Assembly: GCA_965217895.1 (NCBI GenBank)
Contig: CBDCJV010000002.1
Span: forward strand, 3,328,001-3,392,000
Length of the DNA: 64,000 nucleotides
Direction of reading: 5' to 3'
DNA from: Waterburya sp.
GTDB taxonomy: Bacteria; Cyanobacteriota; Cyanobacteriia; Cyanobacteriales; Xenococcaceae
Shown: in pieces, positions 10,854 to 23,376 of the stretch
Layout: the number at the start of each line of letters is the position of its first letter
How positions within the stretch are numbered: position 1 is the stretch's first letter
Translations under genes and position numbers: made by a program
The notes under the pieces: model-generated
What the model was told of the DNA's origin: nothing
Databases searched by the model: none
What the model saw: only the letters and a program-made list of their open reading frames with translations

Positions 10854-11498
10854 GTGTCTATCGGCATTCTTGGTACTAAAGTTGGCATGACCCAAGTTTT
10901 TGACAAAGAAACAGGAAATGCAGTTCCCGTAACCGTGGTTCAAGCAGGGCCTTGTATCGTAACTCAAATCAAAACTAAAGAGACGGACGGCTATAGTTCA
11001 GTTCAAATTGGCTATAAAGAGGTAAAAGAAAAAGCTTTATCAAAGCCTGAACTGGGTCATCTTAAAAAAGTTGGTGCTAGTCCTCTCCGCCATCTAAAAG
11101 AGTATCGTTTAGAAAAAACTGAAGATTATGAACTAGGCAAAGCTTTAGACATATCGGAAATTTTTAGCATTGACACTACCGTTGATGTTAGTGGTAAAAC
11201 TATGGGTCGTGGTTTTGCTGGTTATCATAAGCGGCACAACTTTAAACGTGGTTTGATGAGTCATGGTTCTAAAAGCCATCGCGCGCCAGGTTCAACTGGT
11301 GCAGGAACAACTCCTGGTCGTGTCTATCCTGGTAAAAAAATGGCAGGACGTTACGGTGGAAAACAGATAACCACCCGCAAATTAAAAGTTGTCAAAATTG
11401 ATGCTGAGCAAAACCTGCTGCTTATTAAAGGAGCAATTCCTGGTAAGCCTGGATCTTTGCTTAGTATCTCTCCCAGCAACATTGTGGGGCAGAAATAA
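10854..11498 (+). CDS. rplC: 50S ribosomal protein L3
   Basis: [27 protein letters not shown] start. Confidence 0.98.
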   Translation: MSIGILGTKVGMTQVFDKETGNAVPVTVVQAGPCIVTQIKTKETDGYSSVQIGYKEVKEKALSKPELGHLKKVGASPLRHLKEYRLEKTEDYELGKALDISEIFSIDTTVDVSGKTMGRGFAGYHKRHNFKRGLMSHGSKSHRAPGSTGAGTTPGRVYPGKKMAGRYGGKQITTRKLKVVKIDAEQNLLLIKGAIPGKPGSLLSISPSNIVGQK

Positions 11499-11542
11499 CG
11501 GCTTGTTATTTTAAGAACATAAAGTATAGATAACAAATAACT

Positions 11543-12175
11543 ATGGTTAATTGTGTAGTCAAAAATTGGCAGGGGGAAGATGCTGGAGAGGCAACCCTAG
11601 AACTTAAAGTAGCCAAAGCAGAAAACGCCGAACATATCGTTCATCGTGCCTTAGTTCGTCAGCTAAACAATGCTCGTCAAGGTACGGCATCAAGCAAAAC
11701 TCGTGCCGAAGTTCGCGGTGGTGGACGCAAACCTTGGAGACAAAAAGGAACTGGACGCGCTCGTGCAGGTTCGATTCGTTCTCCATTATGGCGTGGTGGT
11801 GGTGTAATTTTTGGACCAAAACCCAGAGATTTCAGCACCAAGATGAATCGCAAAGAGAGACGTTTAGCCTTGAGAACAGCTTTTAGTTCCCGCGTTGAAG
11901 ATCTGGTTGTTGTCGAGAATTTTGGTTCTGAACTTGACCGCCCTAAAACAAAAGAGGTTTTAGCAGCTCTAGACCGTTGGGGTGTAGATTCTGACTCTAA
12001 GGTTTTATTGATTCTCAAAGAGGTTTCTGATAACGTCAATTTGTCAACTCGCAACATTGCTAAAGTCAAACTGATTAAGGCAACTAACCTCAACGTTCTT
12101 GATGTGCTTCATGCCAACAAAATTGTCATCTCAAAAGATGCTTTAGAACAGATACAGGAGGTTTACGGTGACTAG
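11543..12175 (+). CDS. rplD: 50S ribosomal protein L4
   Basis: [16 protein letters not shown]. Confidence 0.98.
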   Translation: MVNCVVKNWQGEDAGEATLELKVAKAENAEHIVHRALVRQLNNARQGTASSKTRAEVRGGGRKPWRQKGTGRARAGSIRSPLWRGGGVIFGPKPRDFSTKMNRKERRLALRTAFSSRVEDLVVVENFGSELDRPKTKEVLAALDRWGVDSDSKVLLILKEVSDNVNLSTRNIAKVKLIKATNLNVLDVLHANKIVISKDALEQIQEVYGD

Positions 12176-12470
12176 ATATCAAGAGAGAGATTTAGCCGAC
12201 TTGATCCTCAAGCCGATCATTACTGAGAAAGGCACGATGCAGATGGAGCTTGGTAAATATGTTTTTGATGTATTGCCTAAAGCAACCAAGCCCGACATTA
12301 AAGCAGCTATTGAAAGCCTGTTTGATGTCACTGTTGTCAAGGTAAATACCTTGACTTTGCCTCGTAAAAAGCGTCGAGTAGGTAAATTTTTAGGTTACAA
12401 AGCTCAGTACAAAAGAGCAATTGTCACGCTAAAAGATGGGGATTCAATTGCCCTATTCCCTGACGTATAA
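12168..12470 (+). CDS. rplW: 50S ribosomal protein L23
   Basis: [14 protein letters not shown]. Confidence 0.98.
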   Translation: MTRYQERDLADLILKPIITEKGTMQMELGKYVFDVLPKATKPDIKAAIESLFDVTVVKVNTLTLPRKKRRVGKFLGYKAQYKRAIVTLKDGDSIALFPDV

Positions 12471-12519
12471 GACGTAGATCAAAATATAGAACTCGAAAAA
12501 GCTAATCTAAAAGCAAATT

Positions 12520-13347
12520 ATGGGTACTCGTTCATTTAGACCATACACACCAGGAACTCGCCAAGCGATAGTTCCCGATTTTTCGGAAATTACCAAAACT
12601 AAGCCAGAAAAATCTTTAACCAAATATAAACATCGTCAAAAAGGACGTAATAACCGCGGTGTAATTACTAGCCGTCGTCGTGGCGGAGGACACAAGCGTC
12701 TTTACCGCATTATCGATTTTCGCCGTGACAAGCGTAATATCCCAGCCGAAGTAATTGCGATCGAATACGATCCCAACCGCAATGCTCGTATTGCTTTAGT
12801 TCAGTATGAAGACGGCGAAAAAAGATACATACTAGCTGCTGTAGGCATGAAAGTTGGCACACCAATTATTGCCAGTGAAGATGCACCAATTGAGGTGGGC
12901 AATGCTTTACCTCTAAGCAAAATGCCTTTGGGTGAAACTGTTCACAACATTGAGCTAATTGCGGGTAAAGGCGGACAAATTGTTCGGGCTGCTGGTGCTG
13001 CTGCCAAGGTCATGGCAAAAGAAGGAGATTATGTAACTATTGGTCTTCCTTCTAAAGAAGTAAGAATGGTTCGCAAAGAATGCTATGCCACTATCGGACA
13101 GGTCGGTAACGTTGAGTACCGTAATCTCAAGCTGGGTAAAGCAGGTAGAATGCGCCATTTGGGTAGAAGACCTGAAGTTCGTGGTAGTGCAATGAACCCC
13201 TGCGATCACCCTCATGGTGGTGGTGAAGGACGCGCTCCTATTGGTAGAAGCGGTCCCGTTTCCCCTTGGGGTAAACCAGCTTTGGGTAAGAAAACTCGCA
13301 AGAAGAACAAACCTAGCAACAGGCTGATTGTTCGTCGTCGTCGTTAA
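12520..13347 (+). CDS. rplB: 50S ribosomal protein L2
   Basis: [25 protein letters not shown]. Confidence 0.99.
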   Translation: MGTRSFRPYTPGTRQAIVPDFSEITKTKPEKSLTKYKHRQKGRNNRGVITSRRRGGGHKRLYRIIDFRRDKRNIPAEVIAIEYDPNRNARIALVQYEDGEKRYILAAVGMKVGTPIIASEDAPIEVGNALPLSKMPLGETVHNIELIAGKGGQIVRAAGAAAKVMAKEGDYVTIGLPSKEVRMVRKECYATIGQVGNVEYRNLKLGKAGRMRHLGRRPEVRGSAMNPCDHPHGGGEGRAPIGRSGPVSPWGKPALGKKTRKKNKPSNRLIVRRRR

Positions 13348-13368
13348 TTTATTATTAATTGAAAAAAT

Positions 13369-13647
13369 ATGAGTCGTTCTTTAAAAAAGGGACCATTTAT
13401 CGCCGACAGTCTCCTCAAAAAAATTGAGAGGTTGAACGCTGGTAACAAAAAAGAAGTAATCAAAACCTGGTCGAGAGCTTCAACTATTTTGCCTCTAATG
13501 GTGGGACATACAGTTGCCGTACACAATGGTCGCCAGCACATTCCTGTGTTTATTAGTGATCAGATGGTCGGACATAAACTGGGAGAATTTGCTCCCACCC
13601 GTACTTTTAGGGGTCATTCTAAAAGCGACAAAAAAGGGAGACGCTAG
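13369..13647 (+). CDS. rpsS: 30S ribosomal protein S19
   Basis: [19 protein letters not shown]. Confidence 0.99.
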   Translation: MSRSLKKGPFIADSLLKKIERLNAGNKKEVIKTWSRASTILPLMVGHTVAVHNGRQHIPVFISDQMVGHKLGEFAPTRTFRGHSKSDKKGRR

Positions 13648-13662
13648 ATATTGAGTACCGCT

Positions 13663-14022
13663 ATGGCAATAGATACTAATAACGAAGTAAAGGCGATCGC
13701 CAAATACATTCGGATGTCTCCTTTTAAGGTCAGACGGGTGTTAGATCAAATTCGTGGTCGCCAATATCGAGAAGCATTAATCATTCTCGAATTCATGCCT
13801 TATAAAGCCTGCGATCCAATTTTAAAAGCATTGCGATCGGCTGTGGCTAACGCAGAACATAACAATGGCTTAGATCCCGCAACTTTGGTAATCAGCAAAG
13901 CTTTTGCTGATGGGGGTCCTGTTCTCAAACGTTATCGTCCTAGAGCGCAAGGTAGGGCTTATCAAATTCGTAAGCCAACCTGTCACATCACTGTGGCTGT
14001 TGCTCCTGAAGTAACCAATTAG
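13663..14022 (+). CDS. rplV: 50S ribosomal protein L22
   Basis: [19 protein letters not shown] 13663 preferred to TTG 13651. Confidence 0.97.
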   Translation: MAIDTNNEVKAIAKYIRMSPFKVRRVLDQIRGRQYREALIILEFMPYKACDPILKALRSAVANAEHNNGLDPATLVISKAFADGGPVLKRYRPRAQGRAYQIRKPTCHITVAVAPEVTN

Positions 14023-14071
14023 AATCCTTAAATTTCAGAATTTAATTAATTACTATTACGAGGAAACATTT

Positions 14072-14791
14072 GTGGGACAGAAAATACACCCAACGGGCTT
14101 TCGTCTGGGTATTACCAAAGAACACCAATCTTGCTGGTACGCCGATACTAAACGCTATCCAGAATTATTGCTAGAAGATCGTTTAATCAGGGAATACGTT
14201 AACAAAGAACTGAGCAATGCGGGCATTTCTCAAATCAAAATTGAGCGGAAAGCCGATCAAATTGATTTAGCAATTCACACCGCTAGACCTGGTGTAGTTG
14301 TTGGTCGTGGCGGTTCAGGGATTGAGAAATTGAGAACCGAGCTACAGACAAAAGTGGGCAACGCCCGCCAAATTCGGATCAACGTCATAGAAGTACCCCG
14401 CGTGGATGCTGATGCTACCCTAATTGCTGAGTATATTTGTCAGCAGTTAGAGCGAAGAGTTTCTTTTCGTCGAGTAGTTCGTCAAGCAGTTCAAAGAGCG
14501 CAGCGGGCTGAAGTCCTGGGTATTAAGATTCAGGTCAGTGGTCGTTTAAACGGTGCAGAAATTGCCCGTACAGAATGGGTTAGGGAAGGTCGAGTCCCCT
14601 TACACACCCTCAGAGCAGATATTGATTACTCTTATCGCACTGCCTTGACTATTTATGGAATTCTTGGAGTTAAGGTTTGGGTATTTAAAGGCGAAATCAT
14701 TCCAGGACAGGAAGAAGCCGCCGCCGCTGTTCCTAGTCAAGCTCCTCGCCGTCAGCGTCGTCGCCAGAAATTTGACGATCGCTCAGAGTAA
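14072..14791 (+). CDS. rpsC: 30S ribosomal protein S3
   Basis: [26 protein letters not shown]. Confidence 0.99.
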   Translation: MGQKIHPTGFRLGITKEHQSCWYADTKRYPELLLEDRLIREYVNKELSNAGISQIKIERKADQIDLAIHTARPGVVVGRGGSGIEKLRTELQTKVGNARQIRINVIEVPRVDADATLIAEYICQQLERRVSFRRVVRQAVQRAQRAEVLGIKIQVSGRLNGAEIARTEWVREGRVPLHTLRADIDYSYRTALTIYGILGVKVWVFKGEIIPGQEEAAAAVPSQAPRRQRRRQKFDDRSE

Positions 14792-14826
14792 CATTAACAA
14801 GACTTATTTAGCAAAATAATACTATT

Positions 14827-15246
14827 ATGCTTAGTCCCAGAAGAACGAAATATCGCAAACAGCATCGCGGTCGCATGAGAGGCATGGCTTATCGCGGTAG
14901 CACCTTAAACTTTGGTGATTTTGCCCTCCAGGCAACAGAGCCTTCTTGGATTACCTCGCGCCAAATTGAGGCTGCTCGTCGAGCTATGACACGCTATGTC
15001 AAACGGGGTGGTAAAATCTGGATTCGCATTTTCCCAGATAAGCCCGTGACAATGCGTCCAGCCGAAACCCGTATGGGTTCTGGTAAAGGTTCTCCCGAAT
15101 TTTGGGTAGCAGTGGTCAAACCAGGCAGAATCATGTTTGAAATGGCTGGTGTAACTGAAGATGTAGCAAAGGAGGCAATGCGTCTAGCGGCTCAAAAGCT
15201 ACCGATCAAGACTAAATTTATTACTCGCGAAGAGGATTATAAGTAA
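14827..15246 (+). CDS. rplP: 50S ribosomal protein L16
   Basis: [16 protein letters not shown]. Confidence 0.99.
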   Translation: MLSPRRTKYRKQHRGRMRGMAYRGSTLNFGDFALQATEPSWITSRQIEAARRAMTRYVKRGGKIWIRIFPDKPVTMRPAETRMGSGKGSPEFWVAVVKPGRIMFEMAGVTEDVAKEAMRLAAQKLPIKTKFITREEDYK

Positions 15247-15247
15247 T

Positions 15248-15463
15248 ATGGCTTTACCCAAAATTGCCGAAGCCAGAAAACTCAGTGACGAAGAACTGGC
15301 AGAAGAAATTTTAGCAGTTAAGCGACAGTTGTTTCAGTTGAGGCTAGAGCAGGCAACCCGCCGTTTAGAAAAACCACATCTGTTTAAACACGCTAAACAT
15401 CGCATGGCTCAATTACTCACCATAGAACGCGAGCGTGAAATCGCTGCTGCACAAGGAGAATAG
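15248..15463 (+). CDS. rpmC: 50S ribosomal protein L29
   Basis: LFQLRL, KPHLFK; operon position. Confidence 0.97.
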   Translation: MALPKIAEARKLSDEELAEEILAVKRQLFQLRLEQATRRLEKPHLFKHAKHRMAQLLTIEREREIAAAQGE

Positions 15464-15466
15464 ATT

Positions 15467-15715
15467 ATGGCAGTAAAAGAAAGAGTGGGAGAAGTCGTGA
15501 GCGACAAAATGGATAAAACCGTGGTTGTTGCTATCGAAAACCGCTCTCCTCACCCCAAATACGGCAAAATTGTCGTCAGAACCAAAAAATATAAAGCTCA
15601 TGACGCAGAGAACCAATGTAAGATTGGCGATCGCGTGCGGATCAAGGAAACTCGTCCCCTCAGCAAAACCAAACGCTGGACGGTCGAGGAAATTATTGAA
15701 TCCCAAAAATCCTAA
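15467..15715 (+). CDS. rpsQ: 30S ribosomal protein S17
   Basis: [20 protein letters not shown]. Confidence 0.99.
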   Translation: MAVKERVGEVVSDKMDKTVVVAIENRSPHPKYGKIVVRTKKYKAHDAENQCKIGDRVRIKETRPLSKTKRWTVEEIIESQKS

Positions 15716-15751
15716 ATTATATTAACCCAATTTTTCTGGTCGAGATCGAAA

Positions 15752-16120
15752 ATGATTCAACAACAGACCTACTTAAATGTCGCTGACAACAGTGGCGCAC
15801 GCAAGCTGATGTGTTTGCGCGTAATTGGTAAAGGCAACAGTCCCTATGCCTTTATTGGTGATGTCGTAGTGGCAGTGGTCAAAGACGCTTTACCCAATAT
15901 GGGGGTCAAAAAATCTGAAGTTGTAAAAGCAGTGATTGTGAGAACTAAACAGTCTGTCAGTCGCCCTAGTGGCATGAGCATCCGCTTTGACGATAATGCT
16001 GCGGTAATTATCAACGAACAGAATAACCCAAGAGGTACTCGTGTTTTTGGTCCTGTAGCCAGAGAATTGAGAGATAGAAACTTTACCAAGATCGTCTCTT
16101 TAGCTCCCGAGGTAATTTAA
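15752..16120 (+). CDS. rplN: 50S ribosomal protein L14
   Basis: [19 protein letters not shown]. Confidence 0.99.
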   Translation: MIQQQTYLNVADNSGARKLMCLRVIGKGNSPYAFIGDVVVAVVKDALPNMGVKKSEVVKAVIVRTKQSVSRPSGMSIRFDDNAAVIINEQNNPRGTRVFGPVARELRDRNFTKIVSLAPEVI

Positions 16121-16468
16121 ATGACAAAAACCAAAAAAGCACCCACCCGCTATAAAATGCACGTCAAAAAAGGGGATACCATCCAGGTAATCTCTGGACG
16201 TGATAAAGGCAAGGTCGGTGAGATATCTAGAGTAATCCCTAAAACAAGTCAAGTAGTTGTAGAAGGCGTGAATGTACGTACCAAACACGTCAAACCTCAA
16301 CAAGAAGGAGAATCAGGTCAAATTGTGACTTTTGAAGCTCCAATACACAGTTCTAACGTCATGCTCTATTCCAATAAAGAGAAAACCGTTAGTCGTGTTG
16401 GCTATACCTTCACCGAAGAAGGTCGCAAAGTACGAATGCTCAAAAAGACAGGCGAGATTATCGACTAG
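16121..16468 (+). CDS. rplX: 50S ribosomal protein L24
   Basis: [19 protein letters not shown] motif. Confidence 0.98.
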   Translation: MTKTKKAPTRYKMHVKKGDTIQVISGRDKGKVGEISRVIPKTSQVVVEGVNVRTKHVKPQQEGESGQIVTFEAPIHSSNVMLYSNKEKTVSRVGYTFTEEGRKVRMLKKTGEIID

Positions 16469-16633
16469 GTCTTTCATTGAACATAGGTCATTGAACATTA
16501 GACATTAAACGTTTTCAATCTTCTAGTTCAAGTTCACTAGATTTGATAAATGCTAAATGTTAAATAGTAAATGATCGGCGCGCCGATAAGTTTAAATTTA
16601 TAGATCCTGACCAAGCCCAGGAAAAAAAACATC

Positions 16634-17179
16634 ATGGCAAAATCGTTAAAATCTCAGTATTTGGAAGATATTGTTCCCAAGCTAAGCGAACAGTTTAGTT
16701 ACGGCAACGTTCATCAAGTTCCCAAAGTAGTCAAAATCGTCATTAACCGTGGTTTAGGAGAAGCATCGCAAAATGCTAAAGCCCTAGAATCATCCCTAAA
16801 CGAACTATCTGTGATTACAGGGCAAAAGCCTGTGGTTACTAGAGCCAAAAAAGCGATCGCTGGTTTTAAAATTCGTCAAGGAATGCCCGTGGGGATGATG
16901 GTTACTCTGCGTGGTGAAAGGATGTATGCCTTTCTAGAGCGGCTGATTTGTCTGGCTCTACCTCGTATTCGCGACTTTCGCGGTATTAGCCCCAAAAGCT
17001 TCGACGGTCGAGGTAACTACTGTTTAGGAGTTAGAGAACAGCTAATGTTTCCCGAAATTGAATACGATAGCATCGATCAAATTAGAGGGATGGATATTTC
17101 AATCGTCACGACCGCCAACAATGATGAAGAAGGACGAGCTTTACTCAAAGAAATGGGAATGCCTTTCCGTGACAACTAA
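16634..17179 (+). CDS. rplE: 50S ribosomal protein L5
   Basis: [15 protein letters not shown]. Confidence 0.99.
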   Translation: MAKSLKSQYLEDIVPKLSEQFSYGNVHQVPKVVKIVINRGLGEASQNAKALESSLNELSVITGQKPVVTRAKKAIAGFKIRQGMPVGMMVTLRGERMYAFLERLICLALPRIRDFRGISPKSFDGRGNYCLGVREQLMFPEIEYDSIDQIRGMDISIVTTANNDEEGRALLKEMGMPFRDN

Positions 17180-17213
17180 ATTCTTAGTATCTAAATATAA
17201 AAAATAGGAAATA

Positions 17214-17615
17214 ATGGCAGCAACCGATACTATTTCAGATATGCTGACCCGCATTCGTAATGCCTGTATGGTCAAGCATCAAACTACTCAAGTTCCTTCC
17301 ACTCGTATGACTAAGGCGATCGCTCTAGTTTTACAAAGTGAAGGATTTATCGACAGCTTTGAAGAAACAGGGGAGTTACCTCAGAAATTCATCGAAATTT
17401 CTCTCAAGTACAAAGGTAGAAATCGTCAACCAATTATTAGCACCCTCAAGCGGGTAAGCAAACCAGGACTGAGAGTCTACTCTCGTAAAAAAGATATTCC
17501 TCGTGTCCTTGGCGGTATTGGTATTGCGATCGTTTCCACTTCCCGTGGAGTAATGACCGATAGAGAAGCTCGCAGCCAAGGAGTTGGTGGCGAAATCCTC
17601 TGTTATGTTTGGTAA
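17214..17615 (+). CDS. rpsH: 30S ribosomal protein S8
   Basis: [26 protein letters not shown]. Confidence 0.99.
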   Translation: MAATDTISDMLTRIRNACMVKHQTTQVPSTRMTKAIALVLQSEGFIDSFEETGELPQKFIEISLKYKGRNRQPIISTLKRVSKPGLRVYSRKKDIPRVLGGIGIAIVSTSRGVMTDREARSQGVGGEILCYVW

Positions 17616-17635
17616 CAAAAGAAGAGGACTAAATT

Positions 17636-18175
17636 ATGTCTCGTATTGGCAAACAGCCTATTCCCATTCCTGAAAAAGTAAGCGCGCAGATTTCAGGACA
17701 GCACGTCACAATTAAAGGACCAAAAGGTACTTTAGAGCGCGATATCCCTAAACCTATTGAGGTAAAACAAGAGGGTGACACTATTGTTGTAAAACCGACT
17801 GATGATTCCCGTATTGGTCGTCAACGTTATGGTCTTTGTCGTACCTTAGTTGCCAACATGGTAGATGGAGTATCTCAAGGATTTCAAAAGCGTCTGGCAA
17901 TTCAAGGGGTAGGTTATAGAGCGCAGGCTCAAGGCAAAAAGCTAACTCTCAACGTTGGCTATAGTAATCCTGTTGAGATAGAAATGCCAGACGGTATAGA
18001 TGTGGCAGTAGAAAATAGAAATACTGAAGTTATTGTCAGCGGCATCGATAAAGAAATAGTAGGCAATATTGCTGCTCAAATTCGAGGAGTTAGACCTCCA
18101 GAGCCTTATAAAGGAAAAGGAATCCGCTACTTTGATGAGCAGGTCAAACGCAAAGCTGGTAAGACAGGTAAGTAG
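17636..18175 (+). CDS. rplF: 50S ribosomal protein L6
   Basis: [17 protein letters not shown]. Confidence 0.99.
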   Translation: MSRIGKQPIPIPEKVSAQISGQHVTIKGPKGTLERDIPKPIEVKQEGDTIVVKPTDDSRIGRQRYGLCRTLVANMVDGVSQGFQKRLAIQGVGYRAQAQGKKLTLNVGYSNPVEIEMPDGIDVAVENRNTEVIVSGIDKEIVGNIAAQIRGVRPPEPYKGKGIRYFDEQVKRKAGKTGK

Positions 18176-18180
18176 AAATT

Positions 18181-18528
18181 ATGAAGCTTTCACGTAGAGA
18201 ATTAGTCAAACGTCGTCACCGTCGAGTGCGCAAAGCAGTAAATGGTACGCCTGAACGTCCTCGTTTATGCGTTTTCCGTTCAAATAATCATATTTATGCT
18301 CAAGTTATTGATGATGTGGCACAGCACACTTTGGCAGCAGCATCGGACTTTAACGTCAAATCTGGTGGTGCTACTTGCGAAGTCTCGGCAGAAGTCGGCA
18401 AACTTGTAGCTCAAAAAGCTATAGAGAAAGGAATTGCTAAAGTAGTCTTTGATAGAGGAGGAAACCTTTATCATGGTCGAGTAAAAGCTTTAGCTGATGC
18501 TGCTCGCGAAGCAGGGTTAGATTTTTAA
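18181..18528 (+). CDS. rplR: 50S ribosomal protein L18
   Basis: [22 protein letters not shown]. Confidence 0.99.
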   Translation: MKLSRRELVKRRHRRVRKAVNGTPERPRLCVFRSNNHIYAQVIDDVAQHTLAAASDFNVKSGGATCEVSAEVGKLVAQKAIEKGIAKVVFDRGGNLYHGRVKALADAAREAGLDF

Positions 18529-18550
18529 ATCAAAACAGTAATATTAAACT

Positions 18551-19078
18551 ATGGCTAAATCCAACTCACGTAAAAAAAATCGCTCTAGAGAAAAAGATTC
18601 TAACTGGCAAGAACGAGTAGTTCAAATTCGTCGCGTCAGTAAAGTGGTCAAAGGCGGTAAAAAACTTAGTTTTCGCGCCATTGTCGTTGTGGGCAATGAA
18701 AAGGGACAAGTAGGTGTAGGCGTAGGTAAGGCTGCTGATGTCATCGGCGCAGTACGTAAAGGCGTTGCTGATGCCAAAAAGCAGTTAGTTGAAGTCTCTC
18801 TTACCAAAGCCAGTTCCATTGTTCATATAACTAACGGTGTTGCTGGTGGGGCAAAAGTATTTATGCGTCCTGCTGCTCCGGGTACTGGGGTAATCGCAGG
18901 TGGCGCAGTCCGTACTGTTTTAGAACTAGCTGGGATAAAAAATATTTTGGCAAAGCAACTAGGTTCTAACAGCCCTCTCAACAATGCTAGGGCAGCTATG
19001 AATGCTCTAGAAGGTTTGCGTACCTTTGCCGAAGTGGCAAGAGAAAGAGATATTCCCTTAGAACAGCTATACGCCTAA
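18551..19078 (+). CDS. rpsE: 30S ribosomal protein S5
   Basis: [21 protein letters not shown]. Confidence 0.99.
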   Translation: MAKSNSRKKNRSREKDSNWQERVVQIRRVSKVVKGGKKLSFRAIVVVGNEKGQVGVGVGKAADVIGAVRKGVADAKKQLVEVSLTKASSIVHITNGVAGGAKVFMRPAAPGTGVIAGGAVRTVLELAGIKNILAKQLGSNSPLNNARAAMNALEGLRTFAEVARERDIPLEQLYA

Positions 19079-19111
19079 TCATTGAACATTTATCATTGAA
19101 TATTTATCACC

Positions 19112-19561
19112 ATGAAGCTAGAACATCTTAGTCCTAAAGAGGGATCAAAAAGGCGCAAAAAAAGAGTGGGTCGCGGAATTGCAGCGGGACAGGGAGCTAG
19201 CTGTGGTTTTGGTATGCGTGGTCAAAAATCTCGTTCAGGTACAGGAACCAAGGCTGGCTTTGAAGGGGGACAAATGCCTCTTTATCGCCGAGTTCCCAAA
19301 TTAAAGCACTTTACTCTCATCAACCAAAAGCACTATACCACAGTTAATGTAGAAGCTTTAAGCTCTCTATCTGCTAACACAGAAGTGACCTTAGACTCTC
19401 TATTAAAGAACGGCATTGTTACTACTAACGATGGTCTTCTTAAAATTTTGGGGAATGGTGAACTAAAGGTAGCCCTAAACGTCAAAGCAGCAGCTTTTAC
19501 TAAGAGTGCAATTCAAAAAATAGAAGCTGCTGGTGGTAGCTGCGAAGTAATTACTAAGTAG
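19112..19561 (+). CDS. rplO: 50S ribosomal protein L15
   Basis: [15 protein letters not shown]. Confidence 0.99.
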   Translation: MKLEHLSPKEGSKRRKKRVGRGIAAGQGASCGFGMRGQKSRSGTGTKAGFEGGQMPLYRRVPKLKHFTLINQKHYTTVNVEALSSLSANTEVTLDSLLKNGIVTTNDGLLKILGNGELKVALNVKAAAFTKSAIQKIEAAGGSCEVITK

Positions 19562-19723
19562 GTGAAAAACTACTCCACTTTATTCTTAAGGGAAGCTATG
19601 GGTTATTGCAGCTAGACATCACGATTGGTTTATCATAATAACCTAAGGTAGAAAATTAAATTTATATAATGTTTCTCCGCAAATAACTTAATTTAGCACC
19701 AAGTATATAAGAGGTAAACCTGT

Positions 19724-21052
19724 ATGGTTAGAGAAAAAACTCCATCAGCCCAGGAAACATTTTTACAAATGGCAAAAGCTGCTGGTCTTCGAGGCAGGCT
19801 GCTTGTAACCATTGGTCTTCTGGTATTGGTGAGACTGGGGGTATTTATACCCGTTCCAGGAATTGACCGCGAGGTCTTCGGCAATTTTATTAATGGTTCA
19901 GGAAATTCTTCAATCGTCGGATTTTTGGACATTTTTACTGGCGGTGGTATTTCTGCCTTGGGAATATTTGCCCTGGGAATCTTACCCTTTATTAATGCTT
20001 CTATTATTATGCAGTTGCTGGCAACCGCTATTCCTAGCCTGGAAGATCTGCAAAAAAATGAGGGAGAAGCAGGAAGACGTAAAATTTCCCAGATTACTCG
20101 TTACGTTGCTTTGGGCGGAGCTATTATTCAGAGTTTTGGTATCACTCTAGGTCTACTCGTTAATAACGGCATTATTGAAAAAAGTATTTTTCCTATTGGC
20201 GAAACCGTACTGGCTTTAACCGCTGGTTCAATGTTCGTTATGTGGATATCTGAGCTGATCACCGAAAAGGGCATTGGCAACGGGGCTTCACTCTTAATTT
20301 TTGTTAATATTGTAGCGGTATTACCCAGAACCTTAGGAACTACAATTGAATTTGCTCAAAGCGGTGGCAGAAGCGAGATTGCTCAGGTAGTAGTTCTCTT
20401 GCTAGTCTTTTTGGCAATGATTATAGGCATTGTATTCATCCAAGAAGGAACTCGCCGTATTCCCATTATTTCTGCTCGCCGTCAGGTTGGCAGAAGAGTA
20501 TACCGTGAAAGAAGTAATTATCTGCCTTTGAGATTAAATCAGGGTGGAGTAATGCCAATTATTTTTGCATCTTCAGTGCTGTTTCTTCCCGCTCAGCTAA
20601 TTGGATTTATACCTGGTAATGGGACAGTTAAAAATGTGTTTAATCAGATTGCAGCAGCAGTGCAGCCTGGAAACTGGGCTTATGTAGCGGTTTATCTGGT
20701 TCTAATTTTGTTTTTTAGCTATTTTTATGCTTCTTTGATCGTTAATCCTGTAGATATGTCTCAAAATCTTAAAAAAATGGGCGCATCTATTCCAGGGATT
20801 AGACCAGGTAAAGCAACTAGTGCTTATTTAGAAAAGGTACTTAATCGTTTAACACTTTTGGGCGCAATTTTCTTGGGGTTAGTGGCAACTATACCTACTT
20901 TAGTAGAGAGTACTATTCCCGCAGGTACTACTGTATTTAGTGGATTTGGTGCGACATCTTTACTTATTTTGGTAGGCGTAGCAATTGACACGGCTAAACA
21001 AATACAAACCTATGTAATTTCTCAACGTTACGAAGGTATGGTTAAGCAGTAA
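19724..21052 (+). CDS. secY: preprotein translocase SecY
   Basis: LGILPFINASII, GVMPIIFA, IPGIRPG. Confidence 0.99.
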   Translation: MVREKTPSAQETFLQMAKAAGLRGRLLVTIGLLVLVRLGVFIPVPGIDREVFGNFINGSGNSSIVGFLDIFTGGGISALGIFALGILPFINASIIMQLLATAIPSLEDLQKNEGEAGRRKISQITRYVALGGAIIQSFGITLGLLVNNGIIEKSIFPIGETVLALTAGSMFVMWISELITEKGIGNGASLLIFVNIVAVLPRTLGTTIEFAQSGGRSEIAQVVVLLLVFLAMIIGIVFIQEGTRRIPIISARRQVGRRVYRERSNYLPLRLNQGGVMPIIFASSVLFLPAQLIGFIPGNGTVKNVFNQIAAAVQPGNWAYVAVYLVLILFFSYFYASLIVNPVDMSQNLKKMGASIPGIRPGKATSAYLEKVLNRLTLLGAIFLGLVATIPTLVESTIPAGTTVFSGFGATSLLILVGVAIDTAKQIQTYVISQRYEGMVKQ

Positions 21053-21148
21053 AGCTGTTTAATACCGATAAACATATTAAACCACTAGCTTTCGGTTTTT
21101 GGCTTGAGGCTTTGAGACTGTCAAATTTAGGTAGTTTCTTAATTAGCT

Positions 21149-21178
21149 GATAGCTAATAGCTAATAGCTAATAGCTAA
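21149..21178. repeat. heptamer tandem repeat (TAGCTAA)x4, STRR-like
   Basis: tagctaa tagctaa tagctaa tagctaa between secY and adk. Confidence 0.8.
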
Positions 21179-21198
21179 CCGCAAAGCGGTTTTACGAT

Positions 21199-21753
21199 AT
21201 GACAAAGCGATTAATATTTTTGGGACCTCCTGGTGCGGGAAAGGGAACTCAAGCCCAAACATTATCTGAATATCATCATATTCCCCATGTATCCACTGGA
21301 GATATCCTAAGAGCAGCCGTAGCTCAACAAACTCCCCTGGGAAAACAGGCTAAAGATTATATGGATAGGGGAGAACTAGTTCCTGACACCCTAATTCTCA
21401 ACTTGATTCAAGACCGACTATCCTATGATGATACTGCTAACGGCTGGATACTTGATGGCTTTCCTAGAAATGTAAACCAAGCTACCTTTTTAGAGGAACT
21501 ATTGATTGAATTGAACCAGAATGCTGACTGCGTTCTTAATTTGGAAGTTCCTGATGATGTTTTAGTAGAGAGACTGCTGGCAAGACAGCGTAAAGATGAT
21601 AATGAAGAAACTATTCGTCGTCGTCTAGAAGTTTATCATCAGGACACTGTTCCAGTAATTGACTTTTATCAAAAGAAGCAGACATTGAAAACTATTGATG
21701 GGAATCAAGAAATGGAACAGGTAACTAAATCTTTAAGTGAAGTAGTATCTTAA
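21199..21753 (+). CDS. adk: adenylate kinase (short LID)
   Basis: [21 protein letters not shown]. Confidence 0.98.
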   Translation: MTKRLIFLGPPGAGKGTQAQTLSEYHHIPHVSTGDILRAAVAQQTPLGKQAKDYMDRGELVPDTLILNLIQDRLSYDDTANGWILDGFPRNVNQATFLEELLIELNQNADCVLNLEVPDDVLVERLLARQRKDDNEETIRRRLEVYHQDTVPVIDFYQKKQTLKTIDGNQEMEQVTKSLSEVVS

Positions 21754-21935
21754 ACAGTTTAACGTTAGACGGTGCTGGTTATATTTATGGCTTTTACCGC
21801 CTAGGATAGATAAAAATGTAAGATATATATAGGTTGCTGTATTGAAAAAATGCTCAAGGCATTTGCCAAGTAAACCGATGAATAGTAAGAGTTGCCGTTA
21901 GCTATTCATCTTAAAAATAGCGGAGAACATGAATA

Positions 21936-22160
21936 TTGGCTAAACAAGACTTAATTGAAATGGAAGGGACTGTGACCGAATCTCTCCCTAATGCAATGTT
22001 TCGCGTCGACTTGGATAACGACTTTAATGTATTAGCTCATATTTCAGGTAAAATTCGACGAAACTACATTAAAATTCTACCAGGCGATCGCGTCAAAGTT
22101 GAATTAACTCCTTACGATTTGACTAAGGGAAGAATAACTTATCGCCTCAAAAATAAGTAA
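21936..22160 (+). CDS. infA: translation initiation factor IF-1
   Basis: [18 protein letters not shown] start. Confidence 0.99.
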   Translation: MAKQDLIEMEGTVTESLPNAMFRVDLDNDFNVLAHISGKIRRNYIKILPGDRVKVELTPYDLTKGRITYRLKNK

Positions 22161-22248
22161 AACGCTTTTTTTGATGCTTTAATTGTATTTGACACAAAAA
22201 CAAATTAATAGATATAATAGTAGGCTTGCAGTGTGGCCAAAATAAGGC

Positions 22249-22365
22249 ATGAAAGTTAGACCATCAGTAAAAAAAATGTGTGAAAAATGTCGCGTAATCA
22301 AAAGACGTGGCAGAGTAATGGTGATTTGTAGCAGTAATCCTAAGCATAAACAGCGTCAAGGATAA
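22249..22365 (+). CDS. rpmJ: 50S ribosomal protein L36 (not in ORF track)
   Basis: Manual translation [38 protein letters not shown]. Confidence 0.98.
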   Translation: MKVRPSVKKMCEKCRVIKRRGRVMVICSSNPKHKQRQG

Positions 22366-22450
22366 CTGCTAGTCGCTACACTATGTATGATGCTTAACAT
22401 ATTTACATTTAAGCAGTCAAAAAAATTAAAAAGATTAAGGAGATAAAAAC

Positions 22451-22834
22451 GTGGCAAGGATTTCTGGCGTAGACCTTCCTCGTGACAAGCGTGTGGAAAT
22501 CGCGCTAACCTACATTTTTGGTGTAGGTCTATCACGAGCGCAAAAGGCGATCGCTGAAACTGGAGTTAATCCAGATACTAGGGTTCGAGATCTTGATGAT
22601 GAAGATACAGCGAAGCTTAGAGCATATATTGAAGATAACTATCAGGTAGAAGGTGACTTGAGACGTTGGGAATCAATGAATATCAAGCGTCTGGCAGATA
22701 TTGGTACATATCGCGGTCGTCGTCATCGTATGGGTTTGCCTCTTCGAGGTCAAAGAACTCGCACCAATGCTCGTACTAGAAGAGGCAGAAGGCTTACCGT
22801 AGCTGGTAAGAAGAAAGCTCCAGGTAAGAAGTAG
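22451..22834 (+). CDS. rpsM: 30S ribosomal protein S13
   Basis: [20 protein letters not shown]. Confidence 0.99.
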   Translation: MARISGVDLPRDKRVEIALTYIFGVGLSRAQKAIAETGVNPDTRVRDLDDEDTAKLRAYIEDNYQVEGDLRRWESMNIKRLADIGTYRGRRHRMGLPLRGQRTRTNARTRRGRRLTVAGKKKAPGKK

Positions 22835-22883
22835 GTAACTATTTCATCATATTTAAGTATAACCACATCACACGAAAAGTAAA

Positions 22884-23276
22884 ATGGCGCAACCAAAAAG
22901 AAGAAGCGGCGCAAAGAAAAGCAAAAAAAACGTTCCCAACGGTGTGGCTCATATTCAGTCCACCTTCAATAATACCATTGTAACAATTTCTGATACCAGA
23001 GGAGACGTAATATCCTGGTCTTCTGCTGGTGCTAGTGGTTTTAAAGGAGCAAAAAAAGGCACTCCTTTTGCGGCACAAACAGCAGCAGACAGCGCAGGAA
23101 GACGGGCAATGGATCAAGGAATGCGTCAAGTTGAGGTTATGGTAAGTGGTCCTGGGGCTGGAAGAGAGACAGCTATAAGAGCCTTACAGGGTGTAGGGCT
23201 AGAAATTACCTTAATCCGTGACGTCACACCTATCCCTCATAATGGCTGTCGTCCGCCTAAAAGACGAAGAGTATAG
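22884..23276 (+). CDS. rpsK: 30S ribosomal protein S11
   Basis: [23 protein letters not shown]. Confidence 0.99.
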   Translation: MAQPKRRSGAKKSKKNVPNGVAHIQSTFNNTIVTISDTRGDVISWSSAGASGFKGAKKGTPFAAQTAADSAGRRAMDQGMRQVEVMVSGPGAGRETAIRALQGVGLEITLIRDVTPIPHNGCRPPKRRRV

Positions 23277-23376
23277 CTTTAGTTAGCAATTATCAAATTG
23301 CGACTAGATACGAGCATTTATTTAATTTCTATCTTGATTTACCAGATCGCTTGTCGAATAGAAGGGAGAATAGCCT

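Noticed and set aside
16474..16580. CATTGAACAT-type and TAAATG short repeats in r-protein spacers (also 19080-19110)
   Set aside because: Ordinary cyanobacterial short tandem repeats with no spacer structure, so not CRISPR
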